DNA of 64,000 nt, from NCBI GenBank assembly GCA_963666565.1, contig OY762911.1, positions 512,001-576,000 on the forward strand, in the 5' to 3' direction. The position numbers and the translations under genes were made by a program. Source of the stretch: Thermoanaerobaculia bacterium. Its GTDB lineage: Bacteria > Acidobacteriota > Thermoanaerobaculia > Multivoradales > Multivoraceae. Positions 28,561 to 40,800 of this stretch are shown in pieces. Under the pieces are notes generated by a model. It ran no database searches, was not told the DNA's origin, and worked only from the letters and a program-made list of their open reading frames with translations. Numbering within the stretch: the stretch's first letter is position 1; every line of letters starts with the position of its first letter.

Positions 28561-29063
28561 GAGTTCGGGCCCCGCGTCTCCGCCGTTCCGGCCGTCTCCC
28601 GGCCGGGCTCGTAGAGGACCGCGCCAATAGTACGGGGAGCGAAGCCGCGCCGTTCGAGATGCCGGGCCAGCGCGGCCGCATCGCGCGACGGGCGGCTCGA
28701 GCGCCAGCGCGCCGCCACGGCGGCCGCCCGCTCCAGCTCGTCCTCGTCGTCGACGGTCTCGAGCGCCGCGCTGGCCGCCGCCGCGTCCGCGCCGCGCCGG
28801 CGCAGGTCGAGTTCGAGCCGCCGCCGGCCGTAGCCCCGGCGCTTCAGCGACCGCACGAGCATCCGCGCGGTCTCGCCCTCGTCCAGGTGGCCGGCGGCGG
28901 TCAGCCGCTCGATCGCGCTCTCCACGTCCTGCTCCGAGTAGCCGCGCTGCCCGAGCTTCGCCGCCAGCTCGGCCGCGAAGTGCGCGCGCCGCGCCAGCAG
29001 GTCGAGCCCGCGGTCGTAGGCCGGCTTCGGCGTCCGCTTTCGATTGGGTGCAAGTCGAGTCAA
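28554..29063 (-). CDS. recX: regulatory protein RecX
   Basis: LDLLARRAHFAAEL, GYGRRRL and HLERRGF; sits upstream of alaS. Confidence 0.88.
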   Translation of the reverse strand: MTRLAPNRKRTPKPAYDRGLDLLARRAHFAAELAAKLGQRGYSEQDVESAIERLTAAGHLDEGETARMLVRSLKRRGYGRRRLELDLRRRGADAAAASAALETVDDEDELERAAAVAARWRSSRPSRDAAALARHLERRGFAPRTIGAVLYEPGRETAGTAETRGPNSC

Positions 29064-29108
29064 GTTCGGGTCACGGAAATGGTGGCCGCTTCGCGGCCCC
29101 TTCTTCCG

Positions 29109-29147
29109 GCCGCCTCCGGCGGCAGCGGGTCAGAAGACCCGCGCACC
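29109..29147 (-). repeat. family-A REP-like palindrome with second hairpin
   Basis: Reverse complement reads GGTGCGCGGGTCTTCTGACCCGCTGCCGCCGGAGGCGGC. Confidence 0.85.
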
Positions 29148-29189
29148 GACAGGTCGCCATGCTAGTCGCTCTCGGGCGGAGCCTCGCCG

Positions 29190-29876
29190 TCACGGCGTCC
29201 CGCGGAGGGCCAGGGCGAGCGCGGCGACCGCGGCCGTCTCGGTCCGCAGCACGCGGGCGCCGAGGTGCGCCGCGACCGCTCCCCGCCCGGCCAGTTCCTC
29301 GATCTCCTGCTCGCTGAACCCGCCCTCGGGGCCGACCACGACCGCCGCCGCCCGGCCGGCGACCGCCGCGAACGGCGTCGCCGCGCCCGGGTGGAGCACC
29401 ACCGAGCCGGCGCCGACCGCCGCCTCCGCCAGCGGGACCGGCGCGGCGATCGCCGGCAGCCAGGCGCCGCCGCTCTGCTCGAGCGCGGACTTCGCGACCC
29501 GGCGCTGCCGCTCCAGCGCCCGCTCCGGCAGGGAGCGGCTGGTGCGCTCCGAGACGAACCACTGAAGTTCCCGCAGCCCCAGCTCCGTCGCCTTCTCGAC
29601 CAGCCAGACCGCGCGCTCCGGGCGCACCGCCGACACGAACAGCGCGACCCGCCGGGCCGGCTCGAACGCCGGCGCCGCGCCTTCGACCCGCAGCACCGCC
29701 CGCCGCGCGGCCACCCGGTCGACGACGGACCAGCGGGCGCCGCCGCGGCCGTCCACGAGGCGCACCCGGTCGCCGACCTGGAGCCGCCGGGCCCGAAACA
29801 GGTGGCGGTGGTCCGCTCCCTCCACCTCGACCGCCTCGCGGTCGAGGTCGCCGGCTTGGACCAGCAGGTGGATCAC
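29190..29876 (-). CDS. rsmE: 16S rRNA (uracil1498-N3)-methyltransferase
   Basis: VEKATELG, VVGPEGGFS and LGARVLRTETAA motifs. Confidence 0.95.
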   Translation of the reverse strand: MIHLLVQAGDLDREAVEVEGADHRHLFRARRLQVGDRVRLVDGRGGARWSVVDRVAARRAVLRVEGAAPAFEPARRVALFVSAVRPERAVWLVEKATELGLRELQWFVSERTSRSLPERALERQRRVAKSALEQSGGAWLPAIAAPVPLAEAAVGAGSVVLHPGAATPFAAVAGRAAAVVVGPEGGFSEQEIEELAGRGAVAAHLGARVLRTETAAVAALALALRGTP

Positions 29877-29910
29877 GGACGGAGCAACCGAGCCGGCGTC
29901 GAGGCGCGGC

Positions 29911-31095
29911 TCAGGCCTCCGAGCGCCGCTCCGCCTTCTCGCCGCCGCTCTCCGCCGGCCCCTCCGCCGGCTCGTGCCCCGAGAAGAGGTCCTTCACCCG
30001 GTTGAACAGGCCGCGGTCCTCGCGGACCGCGCCGCCGCCGTCGCCTCCAAGTTCGGCCAGCGCCCGCAGGTGCTCGAGCTCGCCCTCCGAGAGGTCGCGC
30101 GGCGCCGGCACGTCGAGCCGCACCTCGACGACGTGGTGGCCGCGGCCGCGGCCGTCGAGCCGCGGAATGCCCTGGGACCGCAGCACGAAGGTCGAGCCGT
30201 GGGCGGTCGCCGGCGGCACCTCCAGCTCCGACGCGCCGTGGATCGTCTCCACCTCCACCGTGCAGCCGAGGACCGCCTGCGGATAGCCGATCGCGACGGA
30301 GCTCAGGACGTCGGCGCCCCGCCGCGCGAACCGTTCGTGCGGCTCGACGGAGACCACCACGTAGAGATCGCCCGGCGAACCGCCGCGCGGGCCGTGCTCG
30401 CCCTCGCCGTGAATGCGGAGACGGGATCCGGTATCGACGCCGGCGGGCACCCGGACCTGGATCGAGCGCTGGCGTTCCGTCCGGCCCTGGCCCCGGCAGT
30501 CGCCGCAGGGGTCCCGGATGACGCTTCCCGCACCGCGGCAGTCGGGACAGGTCCGGGCCACCGAGAAGAAACCCTGGCTGAACTGGACCTGACCGCGGCC
30601 GCCGCAGGTGCGGCAGGCGGTCGGGCCGGACCCGGGCGCGGCGCCGCTGCCGCCGCAGGCCTCGCAAGCCTCCAGCCGCGGGATGCGGAGCGTCGGCTCC
30701 ACGCCGAACGCGGCCTCCTCGAACGAGATCCGCAGGTCGTAGCGGAGATCCGCGCCCGCGCGCCGGCGGCGGCCGCCGGCCCGGCTGCCGAAGATGTCGC
30801 CGAAGCCGAAGACGTCCCCCAGGATGTCCGAGAAATCGGCGAAGATCGTCGGATCGAAGCTGGCCCCGCCTGCCGGGCTCGCCTGGTGCCCGAAGCGGTC
30901 GTAGCGTTGCCGCTTGCCGGGATCGGAGAGCACCGCGTACGCCTCGGCAGCCTCCTTGAACTTCTCCTCCGCGACGCTGTCGCCGGGGTTGCGGTCGGGG
31001 TGATGGCGGACCGCCAGCTTGCGGTACGCCGACTTGATCTCCTGCAGCGTCGCGGAGCGTTCGAGGCCCAGGACCTCGTAGTAGTCGCGCGGCAT
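29911..31095 (-). CDS. dnaJ: chaperone DnaJ
   Basis: J domain with HPD; four CxxCxGxG repeats. Confidence 0.98.
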   Translation of the reverse strand: MPRDYYEVLGLERSATLQEIKSAYRKLAVRHHPDRNPGDSVAEEKFKEAAEAYAVLSDPGKRQRYDRFGHQASPAGGASFDPTIFADFSDILGDVFGFGDIFGSRAGGRRRRAGADLRYDLRISFEEAAFGVEPTLRIPRLEACEACGGSGAAPGSGPTACRTCGGRGQVQFSQGFFSVARTCPDCRGAGSVIRDPCGDCRGQGRTERQRSIQVRVPAGVDTGSRLRIHGEGEHGPRGGSPGDLYVVVSVEPHERFARRGADVLSSVAIGYPQAVLGCTVEVETIHGASELEVPPATAHGSTFVLRSQGIPRLDGRGRGHHVVEVRLDVPAPRDLSEGELEHLRALAELGGDGGGAVREDRGLFNRVKDLFSGHEPAEGPAESGGEKAERRSEA

Positions 31096-31103
31096 GGCCC
31101 GTC

Positions 31104-31712
31104 TCAGGCGCCGCCGCCGGCCGCGGCGCCGTCCTCGCCGCCGGCGTCCGCGGGCGCGGCCGGCGACGCCGGCACGGCGACCCGGACCATCGCCGCCCGC
31201 AGCAGCCGCGACTCCATCGTGTAGCCCGTCAGCAGCTCCTGCACGACGGTGGCCTCTTCGACCTCCGCGCTCTCTTCCCGGGCCACCGCTTCGTGCAGGT
31301 TCGGGTCGAAGGGCGCGTTCAGGCTCTCCACCTGGACGACGTCGAACCGGCGCAGCAGGTCGGTCATCTGGCGGCGAATCATCTCCACGCCGGCTCGCAG
31401 GTCGTCGGCCGAGGCCTCGGCGCCGAGCGCCCGGTCCAGGTTGTCGATCACGCCGAGGAACTCGCGCAGCGGCGCCGCCGTCCAGGTCGCCCGCAGCTCG
31501 CGCCGCTCGCGGTCCATCCGCTTGCGCTGGTTGTCGAGGTCGGCCAGTGCCCGCAGCAGGCGGTCCTTCGTGGCGGCGAGTTCGGCCCGGAGCTCGGCCT
31601 CCACGTCCGGCGCCGCGGCCTCCTCGCCCGCGACCGCCTCCGCCCGGGTTTCCGTCCCGACGCCCCGCTCCTCCCCGGGGGAGTCCGGGCTCTCCTTCGA
31701 CTCGATCGTCAT
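31104..31712 (-). CDS. grpE: nucleotide exchange factor GrpE
   Basis: RALADLDNQRKR, FDPNLHEAV and GYTMESRLLRAAMVRV motifs. Confidence 0.96.
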   Translation of the reverse strand: MTIESKESPDSPGEERGVGTETRAEAVAGEEAAAPDVEAELRAELAATKDRLLRALADLDNQRKRMDRERRELRATWTAAPLREFLGVIDNLDRALGAEASADDLRAGVEMIRRQMTDLLRRFDVVQVESLNAPFDPNLHEAVAREESAEVEEATVVQELLTGYTMESRLLRAAMVRVAVPASPAAPADAGGEDGAAAGGGA

Positions 31713-31725
31713 CGTCCGGTCCCCG

Positions 31726-32766
31726 CTACAGCCTGCCGGCCAGGGCCTCCGAGAGGCGTTCGCCCAGGTAGTTCACCAGCGGCACCATCCGCGGGTACTC
31801 CATGCGCGCCGGCCCCACCACCGCGACCGACCCGGCGACGCCGTCGCCCGCCTCGTAGCTCCGCACGACGAGGCCGAACCCGAGCTCCTCGGTGAGCCGC
31901 GAGTCCTGGCCCAGGACCACCCGCACCCCGTCCGCGTCCAGGCAGCGGTTGAGCAGGCCGGCGAGCCGCGCCCGCTCGGCGAACATCTGGAACATCCCCT
32001 CGATCCGCGACATGCTGGGCGCCGAGTCGAACAGGCTGTTCGCCCCGTCGACGACGAGGGAGGGAGCGTGTCCGACGTCCATGCCCTCGCGGGCAAGCTC
32101 GATCGCCCGGCGGAGCAGCTCGTCGAGCCGGGCGCGCTCGTCGCTCATCAGCCGCAGCAGATCTTCCCGGATCTCGAACAGGGTCCGTCCGCTGTAGTTC
32201 TCGTTCAGGTAGTTCGAGATGCGCACCAGGTCCTCGCGCGGAATCGGCTCGTCCGTGACGACCAGCTTGTTCTCCACGAAGCCGGTCTCGGCGACGACTA
32301 CGCAGAGCACCTTGCGCCCGCTCAGCGGCACGAACTCGATCCTCTTCATGACGGCCGAACCCAGGGCGGGAGTCAGCACCACGCCGACGTGGTGGGAGAG
32401 CCGGGAGAGCAGCCGGGAGGTCTCCTCCGTCAGTTCCTGGCCGGTGGCGCCCGCGGTCGTCAGCCGGTTGTCGATCAGCCGCCGGTCGTCGGCGCTCACC
32501 GCCTCGGCCGACATCAGGTCGTCGATGAACAGGTGGAAGCCCGCCTCGGTCGGCAGCCGGCCCGCCGAGACGTGCGGCTGCCGCAGGTACCCCATGTCCT
32601 CCAGGTCCGCCATCACGTTGCGGATCGTGGCGGCCGAGAGCTGGAACTGGCGGTCCTTCGCGACGCGCCGCGAGGAGACGGGCTCGCCCGACGAAAGGTA
32701 GGTCTGGATCACCTCCCGCAGGATCTCGCGGTCGCGCTCGCTGAGCTGGACGTTCGAGCGGTCCAT
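31726..32766 (-). CDS. hrcA: heat-inducible transcription repressor HrcA
   Basis: SAATIRNVMADLEDMGYLRQPHVSAGRLPT and VVGPARMEY motifs. Confidence 0.97.
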   Translation of the reverse strand: MDRSNVQLSERDREILREVIQTYLSSGEPVSSRRVAKDRQFQLSAATIRNVMADLEDMGYLRQPHVSAGRLPTEAGFHLFIDDLMSAEAVSADDRRLIDNRLTTAGATGQELTEETSRLLSRLSHHVGVVLTPALGSAVMKRIEFVPLSGRKVLCVVVAETGFVENKLVVTDEPIPREDLVRISNYLNENYSGRTLFEIREDLLRLMSDERARLDELLRRAIELAREGMDVGHAPSLVVDGANSLFDSAPSMSRIEGMFQMFAERARLAGLLNRCLDADGVRVVLGQDSRLTEELGFGLVVRSYEAGDGVAGSVAVVGPARMEYPRMVPLVNYLGERLSEALAGRL

Positions 32767-32866
32767 GGGAGCCGGACTTTACAACGCCTGCCGCGCCCGG
32801 AGGGCCTCGCGGCCCCGGCGTCCACGGGTCCGGGCGGCCTCCCGGTGGTAGCGTTCCGCGGCAACC

Positions 32867-33331
32867 ATGAAGTGTCCGTTCTGCGGCGCCAACGAGGATC
32901 GCGTGGTCGACTCGCGGGACGTGCGCGGCGGCGAGACCGTCAGGCGCCGGCGGGAATGCCTGAACTGCGGCCGCCGCTTCACCTCCTACGAGCAGATCGA
33001 GAACATCGCCTACCGGGTGGTCAAGTCGGACGGCCGCCGCGAGGAGTTCGACCGCCGGAAACTGCTCGCCGGCCTCCTCAAGGCCTGCGAGAAGCGGCCG
33101 GTCGGCCTGCCGGCGCTCGAGGAGATCGTCGACGAGGCCGAAGCCCGGCTCCACCGCCAGGAGGACCGCGAGATCTCGACCTCGGAGCTGGGCAACTTCG
33201 TCATCGACCGGCTGAAGAGCCTCGACCAGGTGGCCTACGTCCGCTTCGCCTCCGTCTACCGGGAGTTCGAGGACGTCAACGCGTTCATGGAGGAACTGCG
33301 AACTCTCCTGGAAGCCTCGCGCAAGGACTGA
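32867..33331 (+). CDS. nrdR: transcriptional repressor NrdR
   Basis: MKCPFC...RRRRECLNCGRRFTSYE, ATP cone, VAYVRFASVYREF. Confidence 0.98.
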   Translation: MKCPFCGANEDRVVDSRDVRGGETVRRRRECLNCGRRFTSYEQIENIAYRVVKSDGRREEFDRRKLLAGLLKACEKRPVGLPALEEIVDEAEARLHRQEDREISTSELGNFVIDRLKSLDQVAYVRFASVYREFEDVNAFMEELRTLLEASRKD

Positions 33332-33351
33332 CCGGCTGCTACCGTGGCCCC

Positions 33352-35723
<2,372 letters not shown>

Positions 35724-35748
<25 letters not shown>

Positions 35749-36713
35749 CCGCCTGGCTCGCGGACTTCGCGGGCGCCGGAGACCGCATCGGCGACGACGC
35801 CGTCCTGCTCACGCTCGGCGGACGGCGGTACGCGCTCAGCGTCGACACGCAGCGCGCCGGCGTTCACGTCCCGGTCGATCTCGACCCCGCCCACGCCGCC
35901 CGCCGGCTGCTAGCCGTCGGCCTGTCGGACCTCGCCGCCACCGGCGCCGCGCCGCGGTGGATGCTCCTCGCGCTCGGCATCGACAACGAAGGCGCCGCCC
36001 GGCGCTTCCTCGCGGCCCTGGTGCGCGCCGGCCGCCGGCACGGCATCGAGCTGATCGGGGGCGACACCGCCCGGCCGACGACGCCCGGCCGGCTGGACGC
36101 CAGCCTGACCGTGGTGGGCGAGATACCGGATGGCGGCTCGCCCCTGACCCGCGCCGCGGCCCGCCCCGGCGACCGGCTCTGGCTCGGCGGGCCGGTCGGC
36201 GAATCCGCCCTGGGGCTCGACCTCGTCCGCCGGGGCGCGCGGATCGTCAAGCGACGGACCCGCCTGCCGGAAGCGCTGCCCGGCGAACTGAGCCGCGTGG
36301 CCGCCCGCGTGCTGCGCCGCCACCTGGAACCCCGGCCTCAGCTCGACCTGGGCCTGGCGCTCGGGCGGCGGCAGCCGCCCGGCGCCGCCATCGACGTGTC
36401 GGACGGCCTGGCCGCCGACGCGGCGCGGCTATGCCGCCGGAGCGGCGTCGGCTGCGAGTTCGACGAGCCGGCGCTCGCGCTCCGCGCCGACGCCCGCCGC
36501 CTGGCACGCCGCCTGGACCGGGAGCCCCTCGACCTGGCGCTCGCGGGCGGCGAGGACTACGTGCTTCTCTTCACCCTGCCGCCGGACGCCGAGTTCCGGC
36601 ATCCCGGCTGCCGGCCCGCCGGCCGCGTCGTGGGCCAGCCGGGCCTCAAGCTGCGCCGGGCCGACGGAACGCTCGAACCGTTGGCCCGCGCCGGCTGGGA
36701 TCACCTGGGCTGA
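35724..36713 (+). CDS. thiL: thiamine-monophosphate kinase
   Basis: IGDDAV, LSDLAATGA, IGGDT, AIDVSDGL and GGEDYVLLFT motifs. Confidence 0.93.
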
Positions 36714-36728
36714 TGCCGGCGCAGCCGG

Positions 36729-37706
36729 TCAGCGGCTCAGGGTGACCGTGATCGGCTGGTCGAGTTTCTGAAGGACCTGGCTCAACTGGGCCTCCAGAGC
36801 GGCCAGCCGCGCCTCGACGCTGCCCGCCGCGGGCGCCGCCTTGCGCCGTCTCCGCGCCGGCGCCTTCGCCGCAGCGGCCTTCTTCGCGGGCGCGGCCTTC
36901 TTCGCGGGCGCCGCCTTGGCCTTCGGCTTCCGGCCGCGCGTACTCTGCGAGCGAATCTCGCGGAACACGGCCACCGCCTCCGGGTGGTAGCGCCGCTTCC
37001 GGCCCTTGCCCTCGTGCGGAATCCGGTCGCCGTAGAGCTTGAGGTAGCGCTGCAGCGTGGGCCCGGAGATGCCCGCCTGCTGGCCGACCGCGGTCAGCGT
37101 CAGCAGCTTCGGAGCGGCGGCCTTGGGCTTCGCCGCAGCCTTGGGCTTCGCCGCAGCCTTGGGCTTCGCCGCAGCCCTGGGCTTCGCCGCAGCCTTCGGC
37201 TTCGCGGCGGCCTTCGGCTTCGCGGCGGCCTTCGGCTTCGCGGCGGCCGGCGCCTTCTTCGGCTTGCGGCCCGGTCGGCTCGCCGCCCGGAGCTCGCGGA
37301 ACACCGCCACCGCCTCCGGGTGGTAGCGCCGCTTCCGGCCTTCGCCCTCGTGTGGAATCTTGTCGCTGAACAGCTTCACGTAGCGCTGCAGCGTCGGATA
37401 GGAGATTCCGGTCTTCTCGCCGATGCTGGACAGCGTCAGCAGCTTCGGAGCGGCGGCGGCCTTCGCCGGCGCGGCGGCCTTCTTCCGACCCGCGCCGCGG
37501 CGCCTGGTGGACCGTTCGGCCTTCAGTTGCCTGAAGACCCTCACCGCGGCGACCGGGTACCGCTGCCTGCGGCCCGAGCCTTCCGACGGAAGCCGGTCCT
37601 GGTAGAGCTTCTTGTACCGCAGGGCGGTGGCCATCGACACACCCGCCCGGCGAGCCACTTCGCCCAATGTCAAGAGCTTCTTCTTTCCAGCAGCCGCTGC
37701 ACTCAC
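36729..37706 (-). CDS. putative DNA-binding protein: three MerR-like HTH repeats, Lys/Ala/Pro-rich linkers, C-terminal coiled coil (325 aa)
   Basis: GTG 37706 preceded by AAGGAG; three copies of LLTLxxVxxxxGISxxTLQRY...IPHEGxGRKRRYHPEAVAVFRE; seven AAAKP[KR] units. Confidence 0.85.
   Translation of the reverse strand: MSAAAAGKKKLLTLGEVARRAGVSMATALRYKKLYQDRLPSEGSGRRQRYPVAAVRVFRQLKAERSTRRRGAGRKKAAAPAKAAAAPKLLTLSSIGEKTGISYPTLQRYVKLFSDKIPHEGEGRKRRYHPEAVAVFRELRAASRPGRKPKKAPAAAKPKAAAKPKAAAKPKAAAKPRAAAKPKAAAKPKAAAKPKAAAPKLLTLTAVGQQAGISGPTLQRYLKLYGDRIPHEGKGRKRRYHPEAVAVFREIRSQSTRGRKPKAKAAPAKKAAPAKKAAAAKAPARRRRKAAPAAGSVEARLAALEAQLSQVLQKLDQPITVTLSR
37118..37248 (-). repeat. 18-bp coding tandem repeat (AAAKPK x7)
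   Basis: CTTCGCCGCAGCCTTGGG / CTTCGCGGCGGCCTTCGG units on the + strand. Confidence 0.9.
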
Positions 37707-37821
37707 AAGGATTCTCCTTACGCCTCCGCGTTTCTCCGTTCGGCTCCCCTTGGGGAACGCAATGATCGAAGCGCGACGATAGCAGAAGAGTCCTCGGAAT
37801 CGCAGGCTCATGCCAGATCGA

Positions 37822-40800
37822 TCAGTCGTTCGTCAGAGGTTCGTAGTTCAGTTTTCTCACCAGGTACGACATCGCCTGCCGGCTGATGCCGAGAAGGCGG
37901 GCCGCCTGAGCCTGCTTGCCTCCCGCTTCCGCAAGCGCGTTGCCGATCAGGCGGCGCCGGTACCGATCCATCTTCCAGTGGTAGCCGGTCTGGCCGGGCG
38001 CCTCGTCGCCGGCGACTTCTTCCGGCAGCCCCAACATGTCAACCGAGATCTCCGGCCCTTCGGCGAGCGCCACCGCTCCGTCGATGGCGTTCTTCAACTC
38101 CCTGACGTTTCCCGGCCAGGAGTAGCCGCGAATCTTCGCGCAGGCCTCGTCGCTCAGCCTCAGATCCTGCCGCTCCAGGGCGGACTCCTCGAGGAAGTGG
38201 CGCGCAAGCAACATCACGTCTTCCTCCCGCTCGCGCAACGGCGGCGCTTGCACATGGGCGACCCGGAGCCGGTAGTAGAGATCCTGCCGGAACTCGCCGG
38301 CCTTGACCATCGCCGCGAGATCCCGATGAGTCGCGGAGACCAGCCGGAAGTCGAGCTGTCGCGTCCGGCTCTCGCCGACCCGCCGCATCTCGCCTTCCTG
38401 CAGCAGGCGCAGGAGCATTCCCTGCGCCGCCCACGGCAGTTCTCCGATCTCGTCGAGGAACACCACGCCGCCTTCCGCGCTCTCGAACACGCCGATCCGA
38501 TCGCTGTCGGCGCCGGTGAACGCCCCGCGCCGATGGCCGAAGAGGTCGGAAAGCAGCAGGCCGTCGGGCAGCGCCGCACAGTTGACCGCCAACCAGGGAA
38601 GGGAGGCGCGAGCGCTGAACCGGTGGAGCTGACGCGCCAGCAGCTCCTTGCCGGTTCCCGACTCGCCGAGAATCAGCACCGGCAGATCGTGGGCCGCGAG
38701 CTTGCGGATCCGGGCCTGCGCCTCGAGCAGGGCCTTGCTCCGACCGATCATTCCGGACCTCGCCGCCATCCTCGGTTCCGCCAGCTCGGAAACCCCGCGC
38801 CGGCGCCGGGTGGAGACCGGCAGGCGAGTCGCAACCGCCGTTGCCAGCGCCCGCGCCGGTTCGTCGATCCGGTCGGCGCTGAGCACCAGTCGCCCCATGG
38901 CGGTCTCGACCGCGAACCGGTCGCCGCCGCCGGAGCCCCGGAGAAGGACCTCTCGCCGCGCGTCCGGCGCATCGCTCCCCGCCAGGGAACCGTGCACCGC
39001 CAGCCGGGCGTCGGGATGACCGGCCGAGGACATCAGGATCCGGTAGGCCTCCGCGTCGGGATTCGGCGTGGCCAGGAACACGCGAAGAGCGCGCCAGGGA
39101 CCGACGCGCGCGCCCTCCACGCGTTGGACCAGCGCTTCGGCGCCGGCGGCCGAGAGGGTCTGCGCGGCCGTGGCCAGCAGACCGACCGGGACCGACTCGA
39201 CTCCGAGGCAGATCAGGTCGTGAACGGTCAGCGCGGCGGGGAAGGGACCCTGCTCCTCGACCCGCCTCCAGTCTGCGGCCCCCGGCGGTTCGCCCTCGCC
39301 GACGGCCTCCCAGAGTCCCGCCTGTCCGGCGCCGGGCGCGACGGCACGCGCCTCGTCCCGGAGGCTCGCGAGCAGCAGCAGGGGCGCCAGTTCGTCGGCT
39401 TCGGCCGGTGTCCAGGCAGCGAGCGGCCGCTCTACCGCGTCGGTTAGTTCCTTCGCCGCCTCCCGCGCGCGTCCGAGCTGGATCCGGGCGCGCGCCGAGA
39501 GCAGGCGCAGCGAGCGAAGCTGCCGCCATCCCGACCGCCGCCCGCGCAGGTCCTCCAGGGCCGCCGCGCAGCACCGGAGAGCCGACTCCCAGCGACCCAG
39601 CGCGAGGAACCGGCGCGCGTCCAGCAGCCGCGCCTCCACGGTCGCGCGGACGCTGCCCGCCATCAGACCTTCCCGCCGCAGGTCCTCGATCGTCCCGGCG
39701 ACTCCGTCGAAGCGGCCGGTGCGGATCCGGATCTCAGCGAGGATTCCATGGGCGGCGGCTCTCCCGGCGGGTCCGTCGCAACGCCGGAACAGGCCCACCG
39801 CGATCCGGGCCGCCCGCTCGGCCCGCTCGAAGTCGTTCACCGACAGCCGCAGCGAGGCCAGTTCGCGCCACAGCAGCGCGCGCTCGTACACCGGAAGCCC
39901 GTCGCCGAGACTCCCGAGGCCGGCCCGGAGCAGCCGCTCGGCTTCGCCGAAGCGGCCACTGGCCGAAGCGAGCCGGGCGCTCGCCAGGACCTCCGTCCAG
40001 TCCTCCGGCTCTTCGCTTCCGGGCGCCAGCAGGGCGGCCATCGCGTCGAGGTCGCCAAGTTCCCACTTCGCCAGCGCGCACAGGACGCGGGCGCGGCGGG
40101 CGCGCGGGCCGGCGGCGGCCTCGAGCGCCCGCTCCGACCAGCCCTCGATCCGGTCCGCGTGGCCCGCGGTCGCGTGGATTCCGATCGCCAGTTCGCACCG
40201 TTCCAGCTCGCGCCCGCCCGAGAGCCCGTGCTTCTCCAGCGTGCCCAGCGTGCGCCGCGCGGCGGCGGTCCGGCCCAGCCGCAGCTGAGCCCGGAGACGG
40301 ACCAGGACGTCGTCCGTTCTCCCGGAGTCCTTCACCAGCTTCAGGGCCGCCTCGAAGCGGCCGCCTTCGACAAGGCGGCGCGCCTGAGCCGACCGGTCCT
40401 CCGGCGCCTCGGGCGGCGCGGGGGTCGACCGGGCCGCCGGCGCCGCCGATCCTCCAGCGGTTCCATGGACCCCGGATCCGGCGTCCCTGGCACGGCGCCA
40501 GAACGAACGCGCCGCCTCGCCGCCCGCGACGGCTTCGCGGCGGTCGGCAGCGTCCATCCGCGCCAGGGACCGCCGCCACGCGGGCCGGCCGGCGACCGCC
40601 ACGCGTGCGCCGCCCCCGCGTTCCAGGATCGCGAACAGGGACGCGCGCGCCGCCTCGAACCCGCTCCCCCAGAGGAACGGCGCTCGGGCCAGAACGTCGG
40701 CGACCGCGCGGTTCGCGGAAACCGGCAGCAGCTCGTCGCGCCAGCTCTCGAAGAGCGGTCGAAGCGCCGCCCGCACGGCGCTCCGGCCGAGCGCTCCCTC

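Noticed and set aside
32767-32866. CIRCE operator upstream of hrcA
   Set aside because: No TTAGCACTC-N9-GAGTGCTAA-like inverted repeat is visible.
31249-33351. Apparent 700-aa N-terminal extension of Lon, and similar extensions of ffh, aroA, the site-2 protease and the sigma54 activator
   Set aside because: The extensions overlap other real genes; better internal starts with stop overlaps or promoter boxes exist.
37800-37816. sigma54 -24/-12 promoter (TGGCATGAGCCTGC, minus strand) for the triple-HTH gene
   Set aside because: GG-to-GC spacing is 9 nt rather than the strict 10 nt, so direct control by the adjacent activator is unsupported.
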